Part shown: positions 20,992 through 31,485 of the stretch, in pieces
Layout: each line of letters starts with the position of its first letter
Numbering within the stretch: position 1 is the stretch's first letter
From: Actinomycetota bacterium
Lineage (GTDB): Bacteria > Actinomycetota > Aquicultoria > SURF-47
Direction: 5' to 3'
DNA length: 64,000 nt
NCBI GenBank assembly: GCA_003599235.1
Contig: QZJE01000003.1
Coordinates: 3,779 to 67,778, forward strand
The notes under the pieces: generated by a model
The model's database searches: none
What the model saw: the letters and a program-made list of their open reading frames with translations, nothing else
Told to the model about the DNA's origin: nothing
Translations under genes and position numbers: made by a program

Positions 20992-21063
20992 ATCTTCAGT
21001 CTGAAGGCTCTAGGCTGAAGTGCTGAAGTAATCCTTCAGTGCTTCAGATCTTCATCCTTCATC

Positions 21064-21216
21064 CTATTTCGTTTCTCTGTGCAAAGTGTGTTTTTGGCAC
21101 CATTTGCAAAACTTCTTCAACTCAACTTTATCCGGATTGTTTGTTTTGTTTTTGGTCGACGTATAATTACGTCTTTTGCAAACCGTGCACTCTAATGTAA
21201 TAGTAGTTTGAACCAT
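21064..21216 (-). CDS. rpmG: 50S ribosomal protein L33 (zinc-ribbon form)
   Basis: Manual translation [61 protein letters not shown]; below ORF-track cutoff. Confidence 0.96.
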   Translation of the reverse strand: MVQTTITLECTVCKRRNYTSTKNKTNNPDKVELKKFCKWCQKHTLHRETK

Positions 21217-21276
21217 TAAGCCTTCCTTTCATCTACAAGCTAACATCATCAAATTATTTGGTCAAGAAGTGTTACT

Positions 21277-22443
21277 TTAGTGTGAATTAAGCCAATTGAC
21301 TATTGAGGCTGCAGACCAAGCTTGAATATGACAAGCATTATCATTAAACATCGGAGCTTTGCCGTTTCTTGCAATACCGCAAAATAGCTCTGGAATGCAA
21401 TTTAGGTGCAAAGCTGCTTCCATGAGGCTTTTTCTGACTAATGCCGCCTCTTTAGTAAACCCGTATTTCTTCATTCCTTCACAGATAATCCAATTATCAT
21501 GAAACCAAATACTGCCGTTATGGTAAGAAAAGGGGCTAAAACGAATTTCTCTAGACGAAATTGTTCTAATCCCCCATCCCGAGAACATATCAGGTTTCAT
21601 TAAGCGCTCAACTACCATGGCTGCCTTATCCTCATCAATTGCCTCGCTGTAAAGCAGGTGTCCTGGGTTAGAGCTAATAATAGCTATTTGTTCCTTAGCC
21701 GAATCAAGACCGATTGCAAAAAATTTTTTCCGCTTAACCCAAAAACAATCATTAATTTTTTTTCTTAAGTCATTTATTCTTGATTGCTCTACCGGCAACT
21801 TTTTATTAATTATTTCTGCAAGATAATTTAGGCTTATAAGCGCTTGATATTTATAGCCCTGTATTTCTACACTGCTTATCGGCGGCTCAACTAAGTGACC
21901 GTCAGAGTAAAAAACACTATCTAGTGAATCTTTCCAGCATTGATTGCGCAAACCTTGAGGATTTTTTCTGTGATACTCAATAAATAAATCGCTGTCGAAA
22001 TCTCCGTACTCGCGCATCCAATCAAGAGCCTTTAGAGCTTTTGGCCACAATGATTGTACTAAAGAAATATCCTTAGTTTTTTTGTAATACTTTGCAAGCA
22101 AAACAATAAACAAAGGAGTGGAGTCAGCGCTTCCGTAATATGGGAACTTCCATTTATAGTTTAGCTCATGATTTCTTAAACGGTTTTCATGAATAATCTT
22201 GCCAGGCTCTTCTTCTGACAAATGATCAATCCTTTTGCCTTGCATCGAAGCCAATTTTAGTAAAGTCTTTCTAGCATAACCCGGATTGTAATCAAGTAAC
22301 TGAAGGGAGCATATTATAGAATCGCGGCCAAAAAGACAGTTGAAATGAGGCAGTCCGGCATAAAGATACCCTCGATGGGTAAGTTTATCTATATCATCAA
22401 TTGCTCTAATTAATAGTGCTTCTTTAGCTGTTTTGTTTAGCAT
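21277..22443 (-). CDS. Amylo-alpha-1,6-glucosidase/glycogen debranching family protein (catalytic domain only)
   Basis: LFGRDS, EEPGKIIHE, YYGSADSTPLF, WKDS, SYHNGSIW, QAWS. Confidence 0.88.
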   Translation of the reverse strand: MLNKTAKEALLIRAIDDIDKLTHRGYLYAGLPHFNCLFGRDSIICSLQLLDYNPGYARKTLLKLASMQGKRIDHLSEEEPGKIIHENRLRNHELNYKWKFPYYGSADSTPLFIVLLAKYYKKTKDISLVQSLWPKALKALDWMREYGDFDSDLFIEYHRKNPQGLRNQCWKDSLDSVFYSDGHLVEPPISSVEIQGYKYQALISLNYLAEIINKKLPVEQSRINDLRKKINDCFWVKRKKFFAIGLDSAKEQIAIISSNPGHLLYSEAIDEDKAAMVVERLMKPDMFSGWGIRTISSREIRFSPFSYHNGSIWFHDNWIICEGMKKYGFTKEAALVRKSLMEAALHLNCIPELFCGIARNGKAPMFNDNACHIQAWSAASIVNWLNSH

Positions 22444-22547
22444 GATTAATCACTGCTTTATGAATTCTATTACCTGTCAATTTTTTGTCAATTATCACCA
22501 AAAGCTTGTCTTAATTAAACAAAAACATCTATACTAATTAGTATGTC

Positions 22548-22676
22548 AACCCGGGGAGCCTAAAAGGCTGAGAGTCCGGCTAGTGATAATAATCGGCAAA
22601 AGTCGATAAATCTTTAAAATTACTAATAGCCGGAGACCCGCATAACCTGATCTGGATAATGCCAGCGGAGGGAGGA
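22548..22676 (+). promoter_or_regulatory. TPP riboswitch with extended P3
   Basis: GGGGAGCC..CTGAGA..ACCCG..AACCTGATCTGGATAATGCCAGCGGAGGGA directly before thiM. Confidence 0.95.
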
Positions 22677-22679
22677 GTA

Positions 22680-23495
22680 ATGTTAGAGCAAGTTTCTAGA
22701 GATTTATCATTAATCAGAGAGAAAAAACCCCTTGTCCACCACTTAACCAATTTCGTAGTAATGAATGAGACCGCCAATATGACACTGGCAATCGGTGCTT
22801 TGCCAATTATGTCTCATGCGCCTGAAGAAGTGGAAGAAATGGTTCAAGTAGCTTCTTGTCTAGTATTAAACATCGGCACCTTAACACCTTATTGGATTAA
22901 CTCTATGATTCTGGCAGGCAAAAAAGCTAACGAGCTGGGAATACCCGTTGTTTTGGATCCCGTGGGAGCGGGAGCAACTAAATTAAGAATTGATAGCGCT
23001 AAAAAAATCTTAGAGGAAGTAAATATCTCCACTGTGAGAGGAAACTCAGCTGAAATTGCCGTTCTGGCTGGTATTCAGGCAGAGATCAAAGGAGTAGAGG
23101 CTATAAGCAAAAGTGCATCATCAGAGCAAATTGCCCAGGATTTTGCCCTAAAAAGCGGCTGCGTTGCAGCAGTAACTGGCGTAGAAGACGTAGTAAGTGA
23201 CGGCGAGACAACTATTACTATTAAAAACGGCCATAAGATGATGGCAACTATCACCGGAACCGGCTGCATGTCTACCACAATGGTAGCAGCATTTAACGCC
23301 GTACAAAAAAACCCTTTGGTTGCTGCCCTTGGCGGACTTTGTGCCTTTGGAGTAGCCGGAGAAAAAGCAGCTTATTATACCAATAATAAACCCGGCAGTT
23401 TTCATGTAGCCTTGTATGACGAAGTATCCAATTTAAGCGCTGCTGATATCCTTGATAGAGCTAAAATCGAGGTAACACAAAAGGAGCTTGCTTGA
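22680..23495 (+). CDS. thiM: Hydroxyethylthiazole kinase
   Basis: PLVHHLTN, NIGTL, LDPVGAGAT, RGNSAEI, TGTGC. Confidence 0.96.
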   Translation: MLEQVSRDLSLIREKKPLVHHLTNFVVMNETANMTLAIGALPIMSHAPEEVEEMVQVASCLVLNIGTLTPYWINSMILAGKKANELGIPVVLDPVGAGATKLRIDSAKKILEEVNISTVRGNSAEIAVLAGIQAEIKGVEAISKSASSEQIAQDFALKSGCVAAVTGVEDVVSDGETTITIKNGHKMMATITGTGCMSTTMVAAFNAVQKNPLVAALGGLCAFGVAGEKAAYYTNNKPGSFHVALYDEVSNLSAADILDRAKIEVTQKELA

Positions 23496-24094
23496 AAGGA
23501 CTTTATTTTATAACTACTGAGTACCCCGAACTAAAGCGTAGCCACTATTTGGTGACAAAAGAAGCAATAGAGGCAGGTGTCAAGATAGTTCAGTACCGTG
23601 AAAAAAATAAGGATTTTAAGACTCGGTTTAAAGAGGCTTCCAGGATAAAAAAGTTATGTGATAGTAATAAAGTGCAGTTTTTAGTAAATGACGACGTGCA
23701 CTTGGCGTTGATGCTTAACAGCGGTGTTCATTTAGGCCATGACGATATGTCTATTAAGCAAGCCAGGCAGATACTTGGCAAAAAAAAGATAATCGGCTTG
23801 TCGGCAAGAAACTACGAAGAAGCAATGCAAGCTGCTAACCTTGCTCCCGATTATTTAGGGGTAGGCCCTGTTTTTAATACCCCCAGTAAAGATGATGCCG
23901 CCCCTGCTATCGGCCTTTTTGAGCTTAATAGAATATGCCAAGCTGTTAAGCTTCCGGTTATTGCTATCGGAGGTATTACCGCAAACAATGCAAATGACGT
24001 TTACCATGCAGGAGCAAGCGGTATAGCAGTAATATCAGCTATTGCTAAAGCCCCGGATATCAGTAGTGCTGTAGAAGAATTAATCAGTGCTTAA
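23492..24094 (+). CDS. thiE: Thiamine-phosphate synthase
   Basis: QYREK, VNDD, GVHLG, TPSK, AIGGI. Confidence 0.95.
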   Translation: MKGLYFITTEYPELKRSHYLVTKEAIEAGVKIVQYREKNKDFKTRFKEASRIKKLCDSNKVQFLVNDDVHLALMLNSGVHLGHDDMSIKQARQILGKKKIIGLSARNYEEAMQAANLAPDYLGVGPVFNTPSKDDAAPAIGLFELNRICQAVKLPVIAIGGITANNANDVYHAGASGIAVISAIAKAPDISSAVEELISA

Positions 24095-24107
24095 ATAAGG
24101 AAATATT

Positions 24108-25409
24108 ATGAATCTGTTGAAATCCATAAAAGACGGCCAAATCCCGCCCCGAATAAAAAAATTAGCCCTGTGCGAGCAAATAGAGGAATCTGAATTAGCA
24201 GATAAAATCTTATCAGGCCATATTGTTGTCCCGGCAAACAATTGCCGTAAAAACACTATTTTGCCGGTAGGTATAGGGGCAGGGTTGTCTACCAAAATAA
24301 ATGCCAATATCGGGACTTCAACTGACATCAATGAACTTGATTTAGAGTTAGAAAAATTAAAAGTAGCCACAGATGCCGGAGCTGATACCATCATGGATTT
24401 AAGCACCGGTGGCCATATCAGTAAAATCAGGCAACAAATTCTTAAGCAATGTAACGTGCCCTTGGGAACTGTGCCCATTTATCAAGTTACCGTTTTAGCT
24501 AAACAAACTACAGGTTCGCTTATTGGCTATACAAAAGAAGATATTTTTAAAGTAATTACAGAGCAGGCTAAAGAAGGAGTGGACTTCATTACCGTTCATT
24601 GCGGAGTAAACCGGCAAACGCTCCAAGCGCTAATTGAGCAAAAAAGGGTAATGGATGTTGTAAGCAGGGGTGCTTCTTTTACTATCGGATGGATGATAGA
24701 AAATGATGCTGAAAATCCTTTATTTAATGATTTTGAACAATTATTGGAGATAGCAAAGCTCTATGACGTAACTCTTAGCTTGGGTGACGGAATGAGGCCG
24801 GGTTGCTTAGCTGATGCTACCGACAGGCCCCAGATTGAAGAATTATCTGTTTTAGGTCAACTGGTAAAACAAGCTCAAGAATACGGAGTGCAGGTTATGG
24901 TAGAGGGCCCGGGACATGTCCCCCTAAACCAAATCGAAGCTAACGTTAAACTTCAGAAGAGCCTGTGCCATAATGCCCCTTTTTATGTACTAGGGCCATT
25001 GGTTACTGATATCGCTCCTGGTTACGATCACATAACCTCGGCTATTGGAGGAGCGTTAGCTGCCTCTTATGGAGCCGATTATCTCTGCTACGTCACCCCA
25101 AAAGAACACTTAGGTCTGCCAGGTGTCCAAGACGTACAAGACGGGGTGATTGCCAGTAAAATTGCCGCCCACGCTGCCGATATCGTAAAACAAGTGCCTG
25201 GTGCATGGCATAAAGACAAAGAGATGGCTAAAGCACGCAAGGATCTTAACTGGCAAAAACAAATTGAGTTATCTATCGATCCCAAGACAACTAAAAAGGC
25301 GTACTTGGATAAAAAACCGGCAGAAGAAGATGCATGTACCATGTGCGGCCAATACTGCGCCATGAAGTTAGTTTCTGATTACTTAGGTGATAAAATTACA
25401 TGTCATTAG
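24108..25409 (+). CDS. thiC: Phosphomethylpyrimidine synthase
   Basis: KINANIGTS, MDLSTGG, EGPGHVP, CTMCGQYC. Confidence 0.97.
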   Translation: MNLLKSIKDGQIPPRIKKLALCEQIEESELADKILSGHIVVPANNCRKNTILPVGIGAGLSTKINANIGTSTDINELDLELEKLKVATDAGADTIMDLSTGGHISKIRQQILKQCNVPLGTVPIYQVTVLAKQTTGSLIGYTKEDIFKVITEQAKEGVDFITVHCGVNRQTLQALIEQKRVMDVVSRGASFTIGWMIENDAENPLFNDFEQLLEIAKLYDVTLSLGDGMRPGCLADATDRPQIEELSVLGQLVKQAQEYGVQVMVEGPGHVPLNQIEANVKLQKSLCHNAPFYVLGPLVTDIAPGYDHITSAIGGALAASYGADYLCYVTPKEHLGLPGVQDVQDGVIASKIAAHAADIVKQVPGAWHKDKEMAKARKDLNWQKQIELSIDPKTTKKAYLDKKPAEEDACTMCGQYCAMKLVSDYLGDKITCH

Positions 25410-25418
25410 AACTGTTAA

Positions 25419-25497
25419 GGGGTGGCGCGCCGGTGGCTTTCGACCGCGCGCAAGTTTATCTGAGCACGGCGAAAGACTTCCGGCGTGACAGGACCCC
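25419..25497. repeat. 79-nt GC-rich palindromic element, copy 1
   Basis: GGGGT...ACCCC hairpin; close match to reverse complement of 57848-57925. Confidence 0.88.
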
Positions 25498-25504
25498 GTG
25501 AGTT

Positions 25505-26494
25505 ATGGATATCAAAGAAATTGGTGAGTTTGGACTCATCGATAAAATCGATAAAATTGTTTATAGAAAAGACAAGAAGCTGGTTGCCAGTATCGGTGAT
25601 GATTGTGCCGCTTTTAAGATTGGTGGGACAAAAATTGGATTGTTAACAACCGACAGCCTTGTAGAAGACATCCATTTTAAACTAAAATGCACTTCCCCTT
25701 ATGATTTAGGATACAAGTCTATTATTGCCAGCATCAGCGATATTGCCTCAATGGCCGGGGTTCCCCTCTACTGCTTAGTTAGCCTGATTTTACCAGACTA
25801 TATTACTGTTGAGTTTGTGCAATCTTTTTATAGGGGAGCAAAAACCGCATGTAATAAATATGGCTGTTTGATTGCCGGAGGAGACATAAGCGGCAGCCAT
25901 ACCAATTTTTCTCTAAATGTATCAATTTACGGAGAAAGCCAACAAAAATTATTAAGAAAAAGAAGCGAGGCCAAAGTCGGTGATTTAATTTTTGTTACAG
26001 GCCCCTTGGGGGGATCTGCTGCCGGATTAGAACTCCTGCTTAAACCTGAAACTAAGGCTAGTGTTTCAACATATTCGAAACTTACAAAAAAACATTTGCG
26101 GCCAGAAGCAAAAGTAGCCGAGGGACTGCTGGCTTCTAAGAACGGAGCGACAGCCATGGAGGACATAAGCGACGGTTTGGTTGGCGAAGTGGCTCACATC
26201 TGTGAGCAAAGCAAGATTGGGGCTATTATTTATGTTGACAAAGTACCGGTTGATGAATCAATAAAAAGGGTTGATAGTTTGAAAACAAAAGCTATGGAAT
26301 TAGCATTGAGTGGCGGCGAGGACTACGAGTTAGTATTTAGCTGCCCTAAGAGAAAAACAGCTAGTTTAGCTAAAGCCTTCAACAAAAAGAATCTGCCCTT
26401 ATTTGAAGTAGGTGAAATAACTAAAGGCAACCGAGTTAAAGTGCTCCATAATAAAGAAAAAGAAATTAAGCTTAAGGGGTATGAACACTTTTGA
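25505..26494 (+). CDS. thiL: Thiamine-monophosphate kinase
   Basis: GEFGLI, IGDDCA, SDIASM, DISDGL, GGEDYEL. Confidence 0.95.
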   Translation: MDIKEIGEFGLIDKIDKIVYRKDKKLVASIGDDCAAFKIGGTKIGLLTTDSLVEDIHFKLKCTSPYDLGYKSIIASISDIASMAGVPLYCLVSLILPDYITVEFVQSFYRGAKTACNKYGCLIAGGDISGSHTNFSLNVSIYGESQQKLLRKRSEAKVGDLIFVTGPLGGSAAGLELLLKPETKASVSTYSKLTKKHLRPEAKVAEGLLASKNGATAMEDISDGLVGEVAHICEQSKIGAIIYVDKVPVDESIKRVDSLKTKAMELALSGGEDYELVFSCPKRKTASLAKAFNKKNLPLFEVGEITKGNRVKVLHNKEKEIKLKGYEHF

Positions 26495-27261
26495 AAAACG
26501 TACTTTGTATCGGCGGCTTTGACCCTAGCGGGGCAGCCGGCATTTTAGCCGACAGCGCTACCTTAATAGAGCTAGGGGTTATCCCGCTTACTGCAATAAC
26601 TGCATTAACCTCACAAAATAGCCAGGGCGTCTTTGACATACTAATACCTGAACCCCAACACTTACGCACTCAGCTGGAAGTCATTCTAAGCGATTATTCC
26701 GTCCGGGCTATCAAAATAGGCATGCTTGGTAACAGTGATAATGTAAAAGTGGTCTCTAATCTGCTAAAAATACATCGAGTGACTGTGGTCTTAGATCCTG
26801 TCTTTTACTCAACTTCAAACACTGCTCTGCTTGATACTGAAGGCATATCTGTATTGATTAATCAGCTCCTTGCCCAATGTAGCATAGTTACCCCTAATAT
26901 AAGCGAGGCAGAAAAACTGGCCGGTATTAAAATTAATAATGATGCAGACATTGAAAAAGCCGCCCGGATTATCCAGGATATGGGACCAGATTGGGTAATA
27001 ATCAAAGGAGGGCATTTGCCTGGTAGACCGGTTGATTTTATCTTTAATGGCAACGATTTATTAAAACTGGAACAAGACCGTATCGATAAACAAATGCGTG
27101 GTACTGGCTGCATCTTCGCATCTGCTTTGGCGGCTAATTTATCTCTTGGTTTGTCAATGCCGCAATCAGCCCTTGCAGCAAAAAAATACGTTACTAAAAA
27201 AATACAAAAAGCGGTAAAATTAGGAAGTGGAGCACCGCAAGCCGTTTGGGAGAGCAAATGA
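26491..27261 (+). CDS. thiD: HMP/HMP-P kinase
   Basis: DPSGAAGILAD, KIGML, TPN, KGGH, GTGC. Confidence 0.93.
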   Translation: MKNVLCIGGFDPSGAAGILADSATLIELGVIPLTAITALTSQNSQGVFDILIPEPQHLRTQLEVILSDYSVRAIKIGMLGNSDNVKVVSNLLKIHRVTVVLDPVFYSTSNTALLDTEGISVLINQLLAQCSIVTPNISEAEKLAGIKINNDADIEKAARIIQDMGPDWVIIKGGHLPGRPVDFIFNGNDLLKLEQDRIDKQMRGTGCIFASALAANLSLGLSMPQSALAAKKYVTKKIQKAVKLGSGAPQAVWESK

Positions 27262-27809
27262 AGATAGGCCTAATAAGTGATACCCATGGAGATGTAGCTG
27301 CTTGGCATCTGGCTGTGGAGTTATTCCGGGACTGCGATTATATCCTGCACAGCGGAGACATCTTATATAACGGAGCTTTTAATCCGGTTGGCAAAAATTA
27401 TAATCCTCTAGATTTAGCAAGCCATATCAACAACTGCCCCATTCCAGTCATTTTCGCAAAAGGAAATTGCGACAGTGAGGTTGATACTCTAGCAATCGAG
27501 TACCCTATCCAAGCCCCTTATGCCTTTGCTAATTTATTAGAAAAAAAGATTTTGATTCATCATGGTGATAAGTTAACCCAAGAAAAAGTACTTGAGATGT
27601 CTAAAAAATTTCCTCTAGATGTTGTCGTTTCCGGACATACACATATATATAAAATAAATAAAACCGCCTCAACGATATTTGTAAATCCGGGAAGCGCTTC
27701 CCTTCCCAAAGATCCAGATAGTATAAAAAGCGCTGCCTTAATGGATGAGGAAGGAATAAAAATCATCGCTTTAGAATCCAATAAAACCCTCACTTCAATA
27801 AACTTTTAA
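27258..27809 (+). CDS. YfcE-family metallophosphoesterase
   Basis: SDTHG, GD, GNCDSEVD, HG, GHTH, NPGS. Confidence 0.9.
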   Translation: MKIGLISDTHGDVAAWHLAVELFRDCDYILHSGDILYNGAFNPVGKNYNPLDLASHINNCPIPVIFAKGNCDSEVDTLAIEYPIQAPYAFANLLEKKILIHHGDKLTQEKVLEMSKKFPLDVVVSGHTHIYKINKTASTIFVNPGSASLPKDPDSIKSAALMDEEGIKIIALESNKTLTSINF

Positions 27810-27815
27810 ACAAGA

Positions 27816-27848
27816 CTTGACAATACCTCACTCATATTTTATTATAAT
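27816..27848 (+). promoter_or_regulatory. dnaK promoter overlapped by a degenerate HspR operator (HAIR)
   Basis: TTGACA-17-TATTAT; CTTGACA-N7-ACTCATA vs consensus CTTGAGT-N7-ACTCAAG; hspR in the operon. Confidence 0.65.
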
Positions 27849-27945
27849 ATATAGCTAAAGTTTGCCGATACAACAATTAGGCACTGTGTGACTGTTCCCT
27901 ATCCCTTAGAGGGTAGCTGTCACCAGTCTAGATTTAGGAGGAAAA

Positions 27946-29790
27946 ATGGCAAAAGTAATAGGTATCGACCTAGGAACAACTAACTCATGTATGGCGGTTT
28001 TAGAAGGTAATGACCCCACTGTTATTCCTAACGCAGAAGGCGGACGGGTTACCCCGTCGGTTGTTGCATTTTCTAAAACTAACGAAGTTTTGGTAGGCGA
28101 AATCGCCAGACGCCAGGCTATCACTAATCCGGAAAAAACCATCCGTTCTATCAAACGAGATATGGGAACTAAGAAAAAAGTAAAGGTGGCTGATAAGGAA
28201 TACAACCCTGAGCAGATTTCGGCGTTTATCTTACAAAAACTTAAAAGAGATGCCGAGGCCTATTTAGGCGAAGAAATAAAACAAGCCGTAATTACCGTAC
28301 CTGCTTATTTTGAAGACGCCCAGCGCCAAGCCACCAAAGATGCCGGTAAAATTGCAGGACTGGAAGTGCTAAGAATCATCAACGAACCTACGGCAGCTTC
28401 CCTTGCCTACGGTCTAGATAAAGACAAGGATCACAAAGTACTGGTTTTCGACTTAGGAGGCGGAACCTTTGACGTTTCCATCCTCGATATTGGAGACGGA
28501 ACTTTTGAAGTTAAAGCTACCAGCGGAAACAACCACTTGGGCGGTGATGATTTCGACCAGCGCATAATCGATTGGATGGCTGATGATTTCAAGTCCAAAA
28601 CCAACATTGACCTAAGAAAGGACAATCAAGCCTTACAAAGGTTAAAAGAAGCTGCTGAGAAAGCTAAAATCGAGCTTTCCCAGACGACATCTACTAGTAT
28701 TAACCTGCCCTTTATCACTGTATCCGACGAAGGCCCGCAGCACTTGGATATGACTTTAACTAGAGCTGACTTTGATAAGTTAACTGCAGAATTAGTTGAA
28801 AAATGCAAGGGTCCATTAGTTCAAGCAATGAAAGACGCAAAGGTTGAAGGCAAAGATTTAGAGCACGTTATCTTGGTCGGCGGCAGCATAAGAATCCCAG
28901 CCGTCCAGGAACTAGTTAAAAGCGTAACTGGTAAAGAACCCCATAAGGGGGTTAATCCTGACGAGGCCGTAGCTACCGGTGCTGCTATTCAAGGTGCATT
29001 TTTAGGTGGCAATCTAGGTAAAGATATCCAACTATTAGATGTCACTCCCCTTTCATTAGGGATTGAGACTTTAGGTGGTGTCTGCACTCACTTAATCGAG
29101 CGCAATACTACAATACCGACCGAGAAAAAAGAAACATTTACTACAGCAGCTGATAACCAAACGCAAGTGGAAATAAACGTTCTTCAAGGTGAACGTCAGA
29201 TGGCTGCTGATAATAAATCTCTGGGACGATTTCATCTGGTAGGTATGCCTCCTGCTCCAAGAGGAGTCCCTCAAGTTGAAGTTACCTTTGATATCGATGA
29301 AAACGGTATCCTAAACGTCTCAGCAAAAGATAAAGCTACTGGTAAAGAACAAAAAATCACCATTACCGGCTCTACAAGATTGCAAGACGAAGACATTGAC
29401 AATATGGTCAAAGAAGCCGAATCCCATGCTGAAGAGGATAAGAAAAAGAAGGAAGAAGTAGAGACCAGAAATAATGCTGACCAGCTCGTTTATCAAACCG
29501 AAAAACTGATAGCTGATTTAGGAGAAAAGGTAGCTGATAGCGAAAAAGAGAAAATCCAAAAGTCTCTTGATGAGCTAAAAGAAGCTATTAAGGGTGAGGA
29601 TGCGTCGAAAATCAAAGAAGCAACCGATGCCTTGATGAGTGCTTCTCACGAGCTATCCCAGGTCCTTTATCAGCAGCAAGCCCAGACAGGAGGACAACCA
29701 GGAGAAGCTGGCAACGACGACAAAAAAACTAAGGATGAAGAAGAAGTTGTCGAAGGAGAGGTCGTAGATGACCAAAGCCAAAAGCAGTAA
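27946..29790 (+). CDS. dnaK: Chaperone DnaK
   Basis: [25 protein letters not shown]. Confidence 0.99.
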   Translation: MAKVIGIDLGTTNSCMAVLEGNDPTVIPNAEGGRVTPSVVAFSKTNEVLVGEIARRQAITNPEKTIRSIKRDMGTKKKVKVADKEYNPEQISAFILQKLKRDAEAYLGEEIKQAVITVPAYFEDAQRQATKDAGKIAGLEVLRIINEPTAASLAYGLDKDKDHKVLVFDLGGGTFDVSILDIGDGTFEVKATSGNNHLGGDDFDQRIIDWMADDFKSKTNIDLRKDNQALQRLKEAAEKAKIELSQTTSTSINLPFITVSDEGPQHLDMTLTRADFDKLTAELVEKCKGPLVQAMKDAKVEGKDLEHVILVGGSIRIPAVQELVKSVTGKEPHKGVNPDEAVATGAAIQGAFLGGNLGKDIQLLDVTPLSLGIETLGGVCTHLIERNTTIPTEKKETFTTAADNQTQVEINVLQGERQMAADNKSLGRFHLVGMPPAPRGVPQVEVTFDIDENGILNVSAKDKATGKEQKITITGSTRLQDEDIDNMVKEAESHAEEDKKKKEEVETRNNADQLVYQTEKLIADLGEKVADSEKEKIQKSLDELKEAIKGEDASKIKEATDALMSASHELSQVLYQQQAQTGGQPGEAGNDDKKTKDEEEVVEGEVVDDQSQKQ

Positions 29791-30250
29791 ATCTAATAAA
29801 GAAATCGAAGCTCTTAAGGAAAAGGCAGCTAAGGCTGATGACTACCTTAGTCAATTAAAAAGACTGGCAGCTGAGTTTGATAATTATAAAAAACGGATGA
29901 TTAGAGAACAATCAGCCGCTATCGCTTTAGCTTCCAAAAACCTCATTGAGCAGCTCTTACCTACCTTGGATGACTTAGAAAGAGCCATTGAGTCAGTAAA
30001 AGACGGCCAATCAGCAGAGATGGTAGCTAAAGGAGTAGAGCTAACCTACAACGATATACAAAAACTACTTGAGGCCGAAGGTGTCGAGCAAATTAATCCG
30101 GTAGGTGAAGGGTTTAATCCGGCTACCTCAGAAGCTGTTGCCCAAGTTGATTCAGACCAATCATCTGAAACTGTCGTTGAGGTATTACAAAAAGGATACA
30201 AAATGAACAACATGGTAATACGGCCAGCTAAGGTGACAATAGCTAAATAG
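29768..30250 (+). CDS. grpE: Nucleotide exchange factor GrpE
   Basis: [19 protein letters not shown]. Confidence 0.95.
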   Translation: MTKAKSSKSNKEIEALKEKAAKADDYLSQLKRLAAEFDNYKKRMIREQSAAIALASKNLIEQLLPTLDDLERAIESVKDGQSAEMVAKGVELTYNDIQKLLEAEGVEQINPVGEGFNPATSEAVAQVDSDQSSETVVEVLQKGYKMNNMVIRPAKVTIAK

Positions 30251-30256
30251 ATAATC

Positions 30257-30331
30257 CGTCATTGCGAGGAGCGTTAGCGACGAAGCAATCCAAGACAGGG
30301 ATTGCCACGCCCCGTTGGGGCTCGCAATGAC
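30257..30331. repeat. Full GTCATTGCGAG...CTCGCAATGAC palindromic (REP/RPE-like) repeat
   Basis: 11-bp terminal IR plus inner GCAATCC/GGATTGC IR. Confidence 0.88.
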
Positions 30332-30346
30332 AGTAAAGGATAGGGT

Positions 30347-31483
30347 ATGAGTAGCAGAGAGTTCAAAGATTACTACAAAATATTAGGTGTCGATAAATCT
30401 GCCTCAGCTGAGGAGATAAAAAAAGCTTTTCGTAAGCTGGCTAAACAATATCACCCTGATGCCAATAAAGACAACAAAGACCATGCCAGAACAAAGTTCA
30501 AAGAAGTAAACGAAGCTTATCAAATATTAGGGGATGCCGAAAAACGTAAGCAATATGATACCTTTGGTCAATATGTTGGAGGCGGGGGGATGCCTGGCGG
30601 TGGTATCAATTTTGAAGACCTATTCGGTGGAGGTAACTTCAGTGGACAATCCCAGGGATTTGGCTTCGAAGATCTCTTCGACATGTTTACAGGCGGAAGT
30701 AGAAGTGGTAGACGTCAAACTATTCATAAAGGAGATGACCTTCATTACCGTTTAAGGGTCAAATTTAAAGATGTTTACAAGGGAGTGGCCACCAAAATTA
30801 ATGTTACCGTAAACGACATTTGCACTACCTGCCAAGGAAGTGGAGCCACCCCTGGAAGCAAGCCAATAACTTGTACTACTTGCGGGGGAAGTGGAGCAAT
30901 ATCTCATTCACAAGGCTTTTTTTCTCTGTCTAGGACTTGCCCAAAGTGTATGGGGGAAGGCCAAATTGTCTCCTCGCCCTGCTCTGCTTGTTCTGGGCAA
31001 GGTATTAAAAAAGCCAATAAACAGATTACTATCCGCATCCCGGCCGGGGTGGAAGACGGCACAACCTTACGTTTTGCAGGCAAGGGACAAGCAGCCCCTA
31101 AAGGCGGCATCCCCGGAGATCTATATATAACAGTCGAGGTGGAAAATCATCCTGTTTTTTTAAGAGACGGGGCTAACTTACGAATCAATTTACCGATAAC
31201 AATCACCGAAGCGGCTTTGGGGGCAAAAATCGATGTGCCGACAATGGACGGAAGCGTAATTTTAAAAATACCTAGCGGCACCGTAAGCGGTAAAGTTTTT
31301 CGCATTAAAGGCAGAGGCCTTCCCTCTAGAAGAGGCATTGGCTCCCTCTTAGCTAAAGTTTTTATCATACCGCCAGCAAGGTTATCTCGTGAAGAAAAAA
31401 ATCTGTTAAAAAGATTAGAGGAAATCAAGGGAGAGAATCCTAGAGTCGACCTTTTTAAAATAGTAGAAAAGGAGGCCAAGTAA
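30347..31483 (+). CDS. dnaJ: Chaperone DnaJ
   Basis: HPD J-domain, G/F region, four CxxCxGxG. Confidence 0.98.
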   Translation: MSSREFKDYYKILGVDKSASAEEIKKAFRKLAKQYHPDANKDNKDHARTKFKEVNEAYQILGDAEKRKQYDTFGQYVGGGGMPGGGINFEDLFGGGNFSGQSQGFGFEDLFDMFTGGSRSGRRQTIHKGDDLHYRLRVKFKDVYKGVATKINVTVNDICTTCQGSGATPGSKPITCTTCGGSGAISHSQGFFSLSRTCPKCMGEGQIVSSPCSACSGQGIKKANKQITIRIPAGVEDGTTLRFAGKGQAAPKGGIPGDLYITVEVENHPVFLRDGANLRINLPITITEAALGAKIDVPTMDGSVILKIPSGTVSGKVFRIKGRGLPSRRGIGSLLAKVFIIPPARLSREEKNLLKRLEEIKGENPRVDLFKIVEKEAK

Positions 31484-31485
31484 AA

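Noticed and set aside
25407..25497. Hairpin after TAG as a pyrrolysine/readthrough signal
   Set aside because: thiC readthrough meets TAA two codons later and both proteins appear complete at the TAG
27858..27900. CIRCE element before dnaK
   Set aside because: TTAGGCACT has no matching GAGTGCTAA arm; a HAIR-like site and hspR explain regulation better
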